Source: Thermoanaerobaculia bacterium
GTDB taxonomy: Bacteria > Acidobacteriota > Thermoanaerobaculia > UBA5066 > Gp7-AA6
Assembly: GCA_036505535.1 (NCBI GenBank)
Contig: DASXTI010000179.1
Span: 4,688 to 68,687 of the forward strand
Direction of reading: 5' to 3'
Length of the DNA stretch: 64,000 nucleotides
Part shown: positions 35,284 through 44,766 of the stretch, piece by piece
How the letters are laid out: each line of letters starts with the position of its first letter
How positions within the stretch are numbered: the first letter of the stretch is position 1
The notes under the pieces: model-generated
Told to the model about the DNA's origin: nothing
The model's input: the letters and a program-made list of their open reading frames with translations, nothing else
Database searches by the model: none
Program-made: the position numbers and the translations under genes

Positions 35284-37113
35284 CTAGCCCGCCGCGGCTC
35301 CGCCCGCTCCCGCACGAGCGAGCATGACGCGGGTCAAAACCTTACTGACACCCTGCATGTCGAAGATCGCTTCATTGAAGGCCTCTCGCGAATCGCCTGT
35401 GGCGATCTCGCGCGAGCGCTTCAGGGTCTCCTCGATTCGCTGCCGCTCGTCGTCGGCCAAGCCCGAGCCGAACTCCGAGAGCACCCGCTCATTCGATGAG
35501 ATCATGCCTTCCAGGCGGTTCTTGATCGCGGCAATCTCCCGACGCTCATGATCGGCCTCGGCGAAAGCCGAAGCCTCCTTGATGATCTTGTCGATCTCGG
35601 TCTGCGACAGGCCCCCGGCCGGGTTGATCTGCATCCCCTGGGCCTTGCCCGTCGCCAGATCGCGCGCGGAGACGTTGACGATTCCGTTCGAGTCGATTGC
35701 GAAAGTGACTTCGATCTGCGGCACCCCGCGGGGCGCCGCCGGAATGCCGACGAGCTCGAAGCGCCCCAGCGACTTGTTGTCCTTGGCGATGTCGCGCTCC
35801 CCCTGCAGGACATGGATCTCGACGACGGACTGGTTGTCGGCGACGGTCGTGAAGACCTTCGTGTTCTTCGTCGGGATCGTGGAGTTCCGCTCGATCAGCT
35901 TCTCGAAGACGCCCCCATGCATCTCGATGCCGAGCGAGAGTGGCGTGACATCGAGGAGGACGACGTCCTTGATCTCTCCCTTCAACACGCCCCCCTGGAT
36001 CGCGGCGCCGATCGCGACGACCTCGTCCGGGTTGATGTCCCGATTGGGCTCGCGGCCGAAGAGCTCGGCAACCATCCGCTGGACCTTCGGCGTGCGCGTC
36101 TGTCCGCCGACCAGAATCACCTGATCGACGTCCGACGGCTTCAATCCCGCGGCGGCGAGCGCGTCGAGGCACGGCGCCGCGGTCCGATCGATCAGATCCG
36201 CAACGAGGCTCTCGAAGCGCTCCCGCGTCAGCGTCCGGTTGATGTGCTTGGGGCCCGAGGCGTCGGCGGAGATGAAGGGCAGGGTGAGCGTCGTTTCCGT
36301 CGCCGTCGAGAGCTCGCACTTGGCCTTCTCGGCGGCCTCCTTCAGGCGCTGCAGCGCCATGCGGTCCTGGCGCAGATCGATTCCGGTCGACTTGCGGAAG
36401 TCGTCCAGAAGCCAGTCCATGATCTTCTTGTCGAAGTCTTCCCCGCCGAGGTAGGTATCGCCCGCGGTGGCCTTGACCTCGTAGATTCCATCGCCCAACT
36501 GCAGAATCGAGATATCGAACGTGCCGCCGCCGAGGTCGTACACGGCGACGATCTCGCTGCCTCGCCGGTCGAGGCCGTACGCCAGCGAAGCGGCCGTCGG
36601 CTCGTTGATGATGCGGAGGACCTCGAGCCCTGCGATCCGCCCGGCGTCGCGCGTCGCCTGACGCTGCGCATCGTCGAAGTACGCCGGAACGGTGATGATC
36701 GCCTCGGTGATTTCGTCGCCGAGAGCCTCTTCCGAGAACTCCTTGATCTCCCGCAGAATGAAGGCCGAGATCTCCTCGGGGCTGTACTCGCGTGCCCGAG
36801 CGCGGATCTTTACGTCGCCGTTGACGGCGCGCACGATCTCGTAGGGGAGCACCTCCCGGGCGTGCTGCGTCTCTTCGGCGTCGTATTTCCGGCCGACCAG
36901 ACGCTTCACCGCGAAGACCGTGTTCATCGGGTTCGTGATCGCCTGGCGCTTGGCGATCTGCCCCACCAGCCGCTCGCCGTCCTCGGTGAAGCCGACGATC
37001 GAGGGGGTCGTGCGGCTCCCCTCGCGGTTCGTCAATACCTGAGGCGTCGCGCCCTCGACCACGGAGACGCAGCAGTTGGTCGTACCGAGGTCGATGCCCA
37101 GGATCTTGCCCAC
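35284..37113 (-). CDS. dnaK: Molecular chaperone DnaK (Hsp70)
   Basis: ORF 35284..37113, [16 protein letters not shown]...DLGGGTFD...; full-length Hsp70. Confidence 0.98.
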   Translation of the reverse strand: MGKILGIDLGTTNCCVSVVEGATPQVLTNREGSRTTPSIVGFTEDGERLVGQIAKRQAITNPMNTVFAVKRLVGRKYDAEETQHAREVLPYEIVRAVNGDVKIRARAREYSPEEISAFILREIKEFSEEALGDEITEAIITVPAYFDDAQRQATRDAGRIAGLEVLRIINEPTAASLAYGLDRRGSEIVAVYDLGGGTFDISILQLGDGIYEVKATAGDTYLGGEDFDKKIMDWLLDDFRKSTGIDLRQDRMALQRLKEAAEKAKCELSTATETTLTLPFISADASGPKHINRTLTRERFESLVADLIDRTAAPCLDALAAAGLKPSDVDQVILVGGQTRTPKVQRMVAELFGREPNRDINPDEVVAIGAAIQGGVLKGEIKDVVLLDVTPLSLGIEMHGGVFEKLIERNSTIPTKNTKVFTTVADNQSVVEIHVLQGERDIAKDNKSLGRFELVGIPAAPRGVPQIEVTFAIDSNGIVNVSARDLATGKAQGMQINPAGGLSQTEIDKIIKEASAFAEADHERREIAAIKNRLEGMISSNERVLSEFGSGLADDERQRIEETLKRSREIATGDSREAFNEAIFDMQGVSKVLTRVMLARAGAGGAAAG

Positions 37114-37145
37114 GATGCCTCCTTAGTCTCCCTCGAAACGTTCCG

Positions 37146-37769
37146 TCATGCACGCGGACCGTCGGGACCCGACGTGTCCGGCTCCGTATTCTCTCCCCGG
37201 CGCACGGCGACCTTGACGAACGCCGGCCGGATCAGCCGATCGTTCAAGAAGTAGCCCTTCTGGAGCTCCTGCAGGATCGTGTTCGGGGGCACCGCGTCGG
37301 TCTCTTCGGTTGCGACCGCCTCATGGAGGTTCGGATCGAACGGGCCGGAAGTGTCGATGGGAATCAGTCCGTATCGCTTCCAAAGCTCCGCCAGCTGCTT
37401 GCGGATGATGACGACGCCCTGACCAAAGTCGCTCTCGAGGTCCTCCGGCCTCGCATGCGTCAGCGCCCGCTCGAAGTTGTCCATGATGGGAAGAAAGTCG
37501 TGAGCGAATCCGGCGAGCGCAATCTTGAAATACTCCTGACGCTCCCGCTCGCTTCTCTTCTTGTGGTTCTCGAACTCCGCGAGCTTGCGGATGTGGCGCT
37601 CTCGGAGCTCTTCGAGGTCCTTCTGAATCGATCGAAGCTTCTCTTCGGCCGCGGATAGCGCGCTCGTTTCCTCGGCGGCGAGAGCGGCGTCGAGCGATTC
37701 CCCCGAGTCCTCGAGCTCGATTGTGTCTTCGTCGGAACGCGGGCGCGGCTCCCGGTCTCGATCGCTCAT
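37146..37769 (-). CDS. grpE: Nucleotide exchange factor GrpE
   Basis: ORF 37146..37769. Coiled-coil N-terminus and the GrpE C-terminal beta domain (GYFLNDRLIRPAFVKV). ATGA overlap with hrcA. Confidence 0.93.
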   Translation of the reverse strand: MSDRDREPRPRSDEDTIELEDSGESLDAALAAEETSALSAAEEKLRSIQKDLEELRERHIRKLAEFENHKKRSERERQEYFKIALAGFAHDFLPIMDNFERALTHARPEDLESDFGQGVVIIRKQLAELWKRYGLIPIDTSGPFDPNLHEAVATEETDAVPPNTILQELQKGYFLNDRLIRPAFVKVAVRRGENTEPDTSGPDGPRA

Positions 37770-38833
37770 TCGGAGCTCTCCCCATCGGAGGCGTGATCCT
37801 CCCGCCGCTCGAGACGGTCGGAGACGGCCCGTCCGAGCAATTCCACGACGGGGATGACGCGGGTATACTCCCGCCGCGCCGGCCCGATGACACCCAGCAT
37901 TCCCGTCAGTGTCTCTCCCGGTCCGTAAGAGGTCAAGACGGCCGAGAGCCGCGGGTCCACCGCGTGGTCGTCCTCGGAGCCCAGAACCACGCTGGTGCCC
38001 GGGAAGTCCAGGTACCGGGAGACCAGATCCAGCACACGTGCCTTCTCATCGAAGGCCTGGAAGATCTTCTTCAGGGAAAACACGTCGGAAAACTCGGGCT
38101 TCTCCAGCAATTTGGCGGTGCCGTCGAAGAAGAGGCGATCCTCGGCGTCCTTCTTCTCGAGCGCCAGGCGGGCCAGTGCGGCCGCCCGCCCGAGGATCCG
38201 ATCGGCTTCGGCCTTCTCGCGAGCGATCGCCGCCAGCAGGCGACGGCGCGTTTCGTGCAGCGTCAGGCCTCCATATTCCCGGGTCAGCCGATCGCTGATC
38301 CCGTCGAGCTCCGCCGGCGTGTAGGCCACATCCGTATCGAGGACGCGCGAGATCACGACGTCGGGCTCGTTGATCTGAACGACGAGGATCTTACCGGGCG
38401 CCACGGCAAGGAAACGCAGGCTCCGGACGACCGTGTGGAGGGCGTCGGGAGCCACCACGAACCCGACCTCACCCGAGAACTGCGAGAGCAGCCGCGAGGC
38501 GGCAGTAAAGAGGCGGCTGACGTCGCCTCCCGCCGAGTCGAGATCCGAGTCGACCTGCTCGCGCACGTCGTCGGCCACCCGCCGATGCCGCATCAGTTCG
38601 TCGATGTATAGCCGGTAGGCGTGGTCCGTGGGAACCCGGCCGGCGGAGGTGTGTGGCTGTGCGAGGTATCCGCCGTCGGTCAAATCCGCCATGATGTTGC
38701 GGATCGAGGCGGGCGAAAGCGCGAATCGATTCGATTTAAAGAGAGCCCGGGAAGAGACCGGGCGCCCGGTGTCCACGTGGACACGGATAATCTCCTTCAA
38801 GATCGCGCGGCTGCGTGTATCGAGCGGGTTCAC
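37766..38833 (-). CDS. hrcA: Heat-inducible transcription repressor HrcA
   Basis: ORF 37766..38833 (GTG). Winged-helix N-terminus RSRAILKEIIRVHVDTGRPVSSRAL. Operon context and the adjacent CIRCE. Confidence 0.93.
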   Translation of the reverse strand: MNPLDTRSRAILKEIIRVHVDTGRPVSSRALFKSNRFALSPASIRNIMADLTDGGYLAQPHTSAGRVPTDHAYRLYIDELMRHRRVADDVREQVDSDLDSAGGDVSRLFTAASRLLSQFSGEVGFVVAPDALHTVVRSLRFLAVAPGKILVVQINEPDVVISRVLDTDVAYTPAELDGISDRLTREYGGLTLHETRRRLLAAIAREKAEADRILGRAAALARLALEKKDAEDRLFFDGTAKLLEKPEFSDVFSLKKIFQAFDEKARVLDLVSRYLDFPGTSVVLGSEDDHAVDPRLSAVLTSYGPGETLTGMLGVIGPARREYTRVIPVVELLGRAVSDRLERREDHASDGESSE

Positions 38834-38860
38834 TTAGCACTCTCCCTTTAGGAGTGCTAA
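38834..38860. promoter_or_regulatory. CIRCE operator (TTAGCACTC-N9-GAGTGCTAA), perfect consensus
   Basis: Read directly at 38834-38842 / 38852-38860. Abuts the hrcA GTG. Confidence 0.92.
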
Positions 38861-38868
38861 TGATACCA
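38860..38868 (-). promoter_or_regulatory. Extended -10 box TGgTATCAT (minus strand) for the hrcA operon, overlapping CIRCE by 1 nt
   Basis: Plus-strand ATGATACCA at 38860-38868. Confidence 0.5.
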
Positions 38869-38893
38869 GAGGATGAGCGGCTAGACTCGCGCC

Positions 38894-39754
38894 GTGCCGC
38901 CGCTCCTCGATAGCTCCCTCCTCCTCGTGGGCCCCGGCCGCGTCGGTTTGGCGTTCGCGCGATCGTGGACCGCCGCAGGCGGACGAATCGCCGGTATCGT
39001 GGCCCGAGACCCATCGCGCGTTTCGATCGCCGATCTGGGAGACGTGCCATTGCTTTCGGAGGGAGAAGCGAGACTTCCCGGCTGCGACATTCTGATTCTC
39101 GCCGTCTCCGACGATGCCATCGCCGCGGCCGCCACGAAGTGGGCGGGACGGCTCGCCTGCCGGTACGCCTTTCACTTTTCCGGAGCGCTGGGAAGCGACG
39201 AGCTCGCATCCTTGCGCCGTGGCGGCTCCTCGGTCGGCTCACTTCACCCGGTGCGTCCCTTCACGGGCGGGCGAAATGAAGACTGGCGTGGCGTCCTGGT
39301 CGCGGTCGAGGGGGACACGGCCGCCGCCGACGTGGGTGAGGCGATCGCACGGGCGGTCGGCGCACGGCCGTACCGCCTGGCGGCCGAGGCAAAGCCTCTC
39401 TACCACGCGGCTGCTTCGCTGGCCGCCGGCGGCGCCGCCGCTATCGTCTCCGTCGCCGTGCGCGCCTGGGTGGCGGCTGGAATTCCCGAGGAGATCGCGC
39501 GGGAAACGCTGGCGGGCCTCGCTTCGCGCGCCACCGCTGCCGTCGGAGAGCACCCGTTCGCGGAAGCGTTTACGGGAGCCGTCGCGCGGCGCGACGTCGG
39601 TACGGTCCGGACGCACGCCCGCGCGCTCGCGGGACACGAGGAGGCTTTGAACCTCTACCGCGCGCTCGGCGAGGAGATTCTGCGCCGAACCTCGGGCCGC
39701 GGCAAGGAGAAGGAGATTCGAGAGATCCTGCGCGCGGGACGTGCACCTTTCTGA
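38894..39754 (+). CDS. Rossmann-fold protein with a DUF2520-type C-terminal domain (putative oxidoreductase)
   Basis: ORF 38894..39754. VGPGRVGLAF dinucleotide-binding loop. Family assignment of the C-terminal helical domain is from memory of the DUF2520 architecture. Confidence 0.6.
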   Translation: MPPLLDSSLLLVGPGRVGLAFARSWTAAGGRIAGIVARDPSRVSIADLGDVPLLSEGEARLPGCDILILAVSDDAIAAAATKWAGRLACRYAFHFSGALGSDELASLRRGGSSVGSLHPVRPFTGGRNEDWRGVLVAVEGDTAAADVGEAIARAVGARPYRLAAEAKPLYHAAASLAAGGAAAIVSVAVRAWVAAGIPEEIARETLAGLASRATAAVGEHPFAEAFTGAVARRDVGTVRTHARALAGHEEALNLYRALGEEILRRTSGRGKEKEIREILRAGRAPF

Positions 39755-39787
39755 GCGGTCCGGCAGCCTCATCGTAACCCTCTGAAG

Positions 39788-39796
39788 TGTTACAAT
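39788..39796 (+). promoter_or_regulatory. Extended -10 box TGtTACAAT upstream of the MglA-like gene
   Basis: Read directly. 40 nt upstream of ATG 39837. Confidence 0.45.
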
Positions 39797-39836
39797 TTCG
39801 GCAGTCCGTCGTACATGCGCGACGGCTCTTCGAAGC

Positions 39837-41192
39837 ATGGTTTTCTTCAACTACGCCACGATGCAGATGGCGGCCAAGGTCGTGTACTACGGCCCGGGTC
39901 TGTGCGGCAAGACGACCAACCTCCACCACATCTACGGACGCACCGCCCCCGGCTCTCGCGGAGAGATGGTCTCGCTGGAAACCGAGACCGACCGAACCCT
40001 CTTCTTCGATCTGCTGCCGCTCGACGTCGGCGTGATCGGGGGGTTCAAGACACGGGTACAGCTCTACACGGTTCCTGGTCAGGTCTTCTACAACACGACT
40101 CGAAAATTGGTCTTGAAGGGGGTCGACGGTATCGTCTTCGTCGCCGATTCCCAGCGCGCGATGAAGGACGCCAACGTGGAGTCGCTGGCGAACCTGAAAA
40201 CAAACCTCGCCGAGATCGGCATCAAGCTCGAGGAGATCCCGCTCGTATTCCAGTACAACAAGCGGGACCTAGCCAACATCCTCTCGGTCCCGGAGCTCGA
40301 AGAGAGCCTCAACCATGATCGCCGCTGCGAGAGTTACGAAGCCTGCGCCGTGCTCGGCCAGGGCGTCTTCGAGACGCTGAAGGCGATCTCGCGTCTGACT
40401 CTGCGATCTCTGAAGAAGCGAATGCTTGGTGAGGAGAAGCCCCCCGCGCGGCCGGCCGAGGCACCGCCGCCGATCGCCGCGGCGGCACCTTCGCCGTCCC
40501 CGACTCCGGCGCGCCCCTCCGCACCTCCTCCGCGGCCCGTGATCCCGGAGGCGACGGCCGAGATCGAGGAGACCCTGGAGGTCGAGCCCGGAACGTTCTC
40601 GGAGGCGTCGCCCATCTCGGAAGAAGCTCCGGTCGCGCACGAGCTCAACCAGCCTCCGGCGGCCTTCGACGCGACGGATGTCGAGACGGTCCAGGAATTC
40701 GAGCAGGCTCTCGATTCGCTCGATGCGCCGCTGCCCGAAGCACCCGCAACCGCTGCGCCGCCGGACACCGAGATCGCCGACGTCTCGTTCGCGGAGACCG
40801 AACAACCCGAGCCGAAAGAAGCCGTCTCGGAGGAAGTCCGCCACGTCAAGGTGCGCTCCAACATCGACATCCTCGCGGAGCTCGAAAGACTCCGAAAGAC
40901 TTCGACCGCGGCACCATTGGACGAAAAGCCTCGCCGCGCGCCCACGGGCATCTCCGTCGACGATCTTCTTGCCAGCAGCCTCAACCACCGCAAGGAGGTC
41001 AACAAGGTCTTCGAAGTGCAGGTTCCCAGGCAGCAACTCTCACAAGGGCACCAGGTCACCGTCGGATTGCGCTTCGCGGACCGCCAGGGCAAAGAACTCG
41101 GCGAAGAGCAATCTTTTTCCATCGAGCTGCACTCACGCAGCGACATTCAGAAGCTCTTGCTTTCGCTCAAGTTCCATATCCTCGGTAAGTGA
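39837..41192 (+). CDS. MglA-type Ras-like GTPase fused to a ~250-aa C-terminal extension (Pro/Ala/Glu-rich linker plus an unknown ~110-aa domain)
   Basis: ORF 39837..41192. Residues 1-~197 closely track Myxococcus MglA (VVYYGPGLCGKTTNL, TDRTLFFD, YTVPGQVFY, VFVADSQ, QYNKRDL). No homology recognised for the remainder. Confidence 0.85.
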   Translation: MVFFNYATMQMAAKVVYYGPGLCGKTTNLHHIYGRTAPGSRGEMVSLETETDRTLFFDLLPLDVGVIGGFKTRVQLYTVPGQVFYNTTRKLVLKGVDGIVFVADSQRAMKDANVESLANLKTNLAEIGIKLEEIPLVFQYNKRDLANILSVPELEESLNHDRRCESYEACAVLGQGVFETLKAISRLTLRSLKKRMLGEEKPPARPAEAPPPIAAAAPSPSPTPARPSAPPPRPVIPEATAEIEETLEVEPGTFSEASPISEEAPVAHELNQPPAAFDATDVETVQEFEQALDSLDAPLPEAPATAAPPDTEIADVSFAETEQPEPKEAVSEEVRHVKVRSNIDILAELERLRKTSTAAPLDEKPRRAPTGISVDDLLASSLNHRKEVNKVFEVQVPRQQLSQGHQVTVGLRFADRQGKELGEEQSFSIELHSRSDIQKLLLSLKFHILGK

Positions 41193-41305
41193 CGGCGCGC
41201 ACCGCCGTCGCGATGAAGATCCGGTACAACACCGTGGTGTCCTCTGGGCGCCACAACCTCGGAAAGCCTTTGCATTTGAGCTGCAGACCGGTTTACCCTT
41301 TTTTC

Positions 41306-42976
41306 ATGCATCAGGCTTTCGGGCGCGTGCGGAGGAGAATTCTTGTGTTTGCGGCTTTGCTCGCCGCCGTCCGCTGCGCCTCGGCGCCCTCGACGCCCTC
41401 GACGCGGCCCGAACCGCCGCAGGCAGCGGCATCCGCATTCTCGCCGGCCGAGAGGATGATGAATCAAGCGTCGGACGAGTTTCGTTACGGCCGGGATGCC
41501 GCGCTGGCAGGAGACTTCGAGTGCGCCCGGTACCATTTTAGCCAGGCGATCGACAGCGTCCGGCCCGTCGGCGGGCCCGCGCTCGAGGGACCGATGCTCG
41601 CCTTCTCCTTCGACTTGTATGACGGCATTCAGCGCTACGAAGCGCTCGCCGGTGCGACGGAGGAGGCCGGAACCTCGCATGGGCAGATCGCACCGGAGCT
41701 GGCCGAGATCGAGGCGCCCGCGGCCACACCGGAAGCGATCTCGACGGCCCGGGAGGCGATCGCCTCCGACATGCCGACGGTCGTCTCGGACGTCCCTCTC
41801 GTCGTCAATGAAGCGGTGCTGAGGGTGCTCGCCGCCTTCCAGAGCGACGCGCTGCACGACAAGATCGCGGCGGGGCTCTCGCGCTCGGGCCGCTACATTC
41901 CGATGATCCACCGCGTCTTCGAAGAAGAAGGGCTGCCACGAGATCTCGCGCTGATCGCCTTTATCGAATCGTCGTTCCTTCCGCATGCTCAATCGCCGCG
42001 TTCGGCCCACGGCATCTGGCAGTTCATGCCGCGCACGGGGCGTCAGTACGGCTTGAAGTCCAACGGCGTCGTCGACGAACGCAGCGACCCCGAGAAGGCG
42101 ACGCGCGCCGCGGCCCGCTATCTCTCCTACCTCCATGAGATCTTCGGCGACTGGTACCTCGTCATGGCCGCCTACAACGCGGGCGAGGGCAAGATCCTGC
42201 GGGCCATGGAGAAGACCGGAGCGCGGGATTTCTGGGAACTCGCCGCGACCAACGCGATCCGCCGCCAGACTCAGAATTACGTCCCGGCCTTCCTTGCCTC
42301 GGTCTTAATCTCCAAGAACCCCGCGCACTACAGTTTCGACGTCGTGCTCGAGTCGCCTTTCGACTACGAAACCATCCGGCTGGACCGTCCCGTCAGTCTG
42401 CAGCATCTGGCCAAGGGCGGCGAGGTCTCGCTCGAGGACTTGCGCGGACTGAACCCGGAGCTGCGATCCCTCGTCACACCGCACCAGCCCGAGGGCTACG
42501 AACTGAGAGTTCCGGGCGGAAAGCGCAATGCCGTGCTGCTCGCCTTTGCCGCCGCGCCGGCCTCGAAGCCGCCTGTGTTCCGCGCCTACGTCGTCAAGAA
42601 GGGGGAGACGCTTCCCCGCATTGCCCGGCGCTATGGCATGTCGGTCGGATCGCTCGCCTCCGCGAACTCCCTCCCGCCGCGTGCGAAGCTGTCGCGCGGA
42701 CAGGAGCTCCTCATCCCGGAGAAAATGGCCGCGGCCTCAGTCCGAAGGAAGAGCGCAAAGAAGGGCCCGGTGGCGAGGATCGCCCAGGCGCCGATTTCTC
42801 CGGCGAAGAAGGCCGATGCGGCCAAGAATTACCGCGTCCGGAATGGCGACACGCTCTACCGGATCGCCCTGCGGCATGGGGTCAGCGTCGCCGAGATTCT
42901 GGCCATCAACAGCCTCGGCGGACCGGCCGTCATCAAGCCGGGGGACAGGCTGAGGATCCCGGCCAAAGCAAAGTAG
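41306..42976 (+). CDS. MltD-like lytic transglycosylase (SLT domain plus three LysM domains)
   Basis: ORF 41189..42976 trimmed to ATG 41306 (signal peptide MHQAFGRVRRRILVFAALLAAV). Motifs IESSF, GIWQFMPRTG, AAYNAGEGK. LysM repeats (YVVKKGETLPRIARRYG, YRVRNGDTLYRIALRHG). Confidence 0.85.
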   Translation: MHQAFGRVRRRILVFAALLAAVRCASAPSTPSTRPEPPQAAASAFSPAERMMNQASDEFRYGRDAALAGDFECARYHFSQAIDSVRPVGGPALEGPMLAFSFDLYDGIQRYEALAGATEEAGTSHGQIAPELAEIEAPAATPEAISTAREAIASDMPTVVSDVPLVVNEAVLRVLAAFQSDALHDKIAAGLSRSGRYIPMIHRVFEEEGLPRDLALIAFIESSFLPHAQSPRSAHGIWQFMPRTGRQYGLKSNGVVDERSDPEKATRAAARYLSYLHEIFGDWYLVMAAYNAGEGKILRAMEKTGARDFWELAATNAIRRQTQNYVPAFLASVLISKNPAHYSFDVVLESPFDYETIRLDRPVSLQHLAKGGEVSLEDLRGLNPELRSLVTPHQPEGYELRVPGGKRNAVLLAFAAAPASKPPVFRAYVVKKGETLPRIARRYGMSVGSLASANSLPPRAKLSRGQELLIPEKMAAASVRRKSAKKGPVARIAQAPISPAKKADAAKNYRVRNGDTLYRIALRHGVSVAEILAINSLGGPAVIKPGDRLRIPAKAK

Positions 42977-43037
42977 GTATCGGCCCTTCTCGCGGCGACG
43001 CGCGCCGAAATGAATCCGCCCCAGCGTCTCCGACGCT

Positions 43038-43046
43038 TGATACAAT
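43038..43046 (+). promoter_or_regulatory. Extended -10 box TGaTACAAT upstream of comM
   Basis: Read directly. 48 nt upstream of ATG 43095. Confidence 0.45.
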
Positions 43047-43094
43047 CGGCGAGTCCTCATTCGATCAGGCTCTCCTCGGCTCCGAGGAGGCTGC

Positions 43095-44633
43095 ATGCTC
43101 GCCCGCGTTTACTCCGCCGCCACTCTGGGCCTGGAAGCCCGAGTCCTCGACGTCGAGGTCGACGCCTCTGACGGATTGCCGCGCTTCACGATCGTGGGCC
43201 TGCCCGATACGAGCGTGCGCGAGGCGCGCGAACGGGTTCGCTCGGCTCTGAAGAACGCGGGTTTCCCTCTTCCCGGTGGCGCCGTCACGGTCAACCTTGC
43301 GCCCGCCGACTTCCGCAAGTGCGGTGCGGCGCTCGACCTGCCGGTCGCCGTCGGCCTGCTGAGCCTCTGTGGCGTTCGATCCGTTTCCAGCGCACGGCGG
43401 ATCTTCGTGGGCGAGCTCGGGTTGGGCGGCGAAGTGCGTGCCGTGCGAGGGGCGCTCTGCCTCGCACTTGCCGCCCGCGAGGCCGGTTTCGACGAGATCG
43501 TCCTGCCCGCCTCCAATTCCGCCGAGGCGGCGGCGATCCACGGCATCCGGGTCATTCCCGTGGCCCACATGAGCTCGGCGATCGAGCACTTGACCGGCGC
43601 GAGACCGATCCCCCCGGCGGCGCCGGCCGCCTACCGGTCCGACCCGCTGTTCGATTGCGATTTCGCCGAGATCCGTGGCCAGTCCGTCGCCCGCCGCGCC
43701 GCCGAGATCGCCGCGGCGGGGGGTCACCATCTGCTCTTGACCGGGCCGCCCGGCGCCGGAAAGACGATGCTCGCCCGCCGTCTGCCCGGAATTCTCCCGG
43801 CGCTATCGCACTCCGAGGCGATCGAAGTCACCAAGGTCCACTCCGTCGCCGGCGTCCTGCCTCGCGACGGCGGTCTCGTCGCGGCACCGCCCTTTCGCGC
43901 GCCCCACCACGGCATCTCCTCGGCAGGCCTGATCGGCGGGGGCGCGAAACCCTCCCCGGGAGAAATCTCGCTCGCCCACCGAGGAGTCCTTTTCTTGGAC
44001 GAGATTCCCGAGTTCCGGCGAGACGCGCTCGAGGCGATCCGTCAACCGCTCGAGGAGCGCCGGATCGCGGTCGTCCGAATCGGCGGCGCCAGCACTTTTC
44101 CGTGTGACGTCCTTCTCGTGGCCGCGATGAACCCTTGCCCATGCGGCTTCCGGGGTGATCCGCGCCGCTCCTGCTGCTGCGATCCGCGCGATCGGCTCCG
44201 CTACATCCGAAAAGTCTCCGGCCCGCTGCTCGACCGCATCGACCTTCACGTCACGATGGCCGCGGTGCCGTGGAACGACCTGCGCGACTCGGCGGAGGGC
44301 GAAAAATCCGCCGCGGTTCGGGACCGCGTCGTGAGCGCCCGCAAGAAAGCGGCGCCTCGACGCCGCGGTGTGCCCGGGTTTCGCAACGCGGACCTCTCCG
44401 CCTCGGATCTCGAACGCCATTGCGAGGTCGATGCGGCGGGCCGCCGGATTCTCGAGGCCGCGGTCTCGCGCCTGCACTTCTCCGTTCGTGCTCTCCACCG
44501 GGGGCTGCGAGTCGCCCGAACGATCGCCGATCTGGCGGCCAGCGAACGGGTTAATGCGGAGCATCTCGCCGAGGCTTTCTCCTTTCGCGCACCGGGCCTC
44601 GCCTCGCCAGCCTGCCCGAGGGATCAGGATTGA
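43095..44633 (+). CDS. comM: YifB/ComM family Mg-chelatase-like AAA+ ATPase
   Basis: ORF 43095..44633. Lon-protease-like N-domain, Walker A GPPGAGKTM, and GVLFLDEIPEF. Confidence 0.9.
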   Translation: MLARVYSAATLGLEARVLDVEVDASDGLPRFTIVGLPDTSVREARERVRSALKNAGFPLPGGAVTVNLAPADFRKCGAALDLPVAVGLLSLCGVRSVSSARRIFVGELGLGGEVRAVRGALCLALAAREAGFDEIVLPASNSAEAAAIHGIRVIPVAHMSSAIEHLTGARPIPPAAPAAYRSDPLFDCDFAEIRGQSVARRAAEIAAAGGHHLLLTGPPGAGKTMLARRLPGILPALSHSEAIEVTKVHSVAGVLPRDGGLVAAPPFRAPHHGISSAGLIGGGAKPSPGEISLAHRGVLFLDEIPEFRRDALEAIRQPLEERRIAVVRIGGASTFPCDVLLVAAMNPCPCGFRGDPRRSCCCDPRDRLRYIRKVSGPLLDRIDLHVTMAAVPWNDLRDSAEGEKSAAVRDRVVSARKKAAPRRRGVPGFRNADLSASDLERHCEVDAAGRRILEAAVSRLHFSVRALHRGLRVARTIADLAASERVNAEHLAEAFSFRAPGLASPACPRDQD

Positions 44634-44766
44634 CAGGCGACGCAGGGCCTCATAGGATCCGAGTCACTTCCGAAGCCAGAGCTTCGGTCATGACTCTCTC
44701 ATCCGGTCTTGCAGGCGTATCGGCGCGAAGCCTGCCCGCCCGGGTTGGCCTTGAGAAGGAGAGCGA

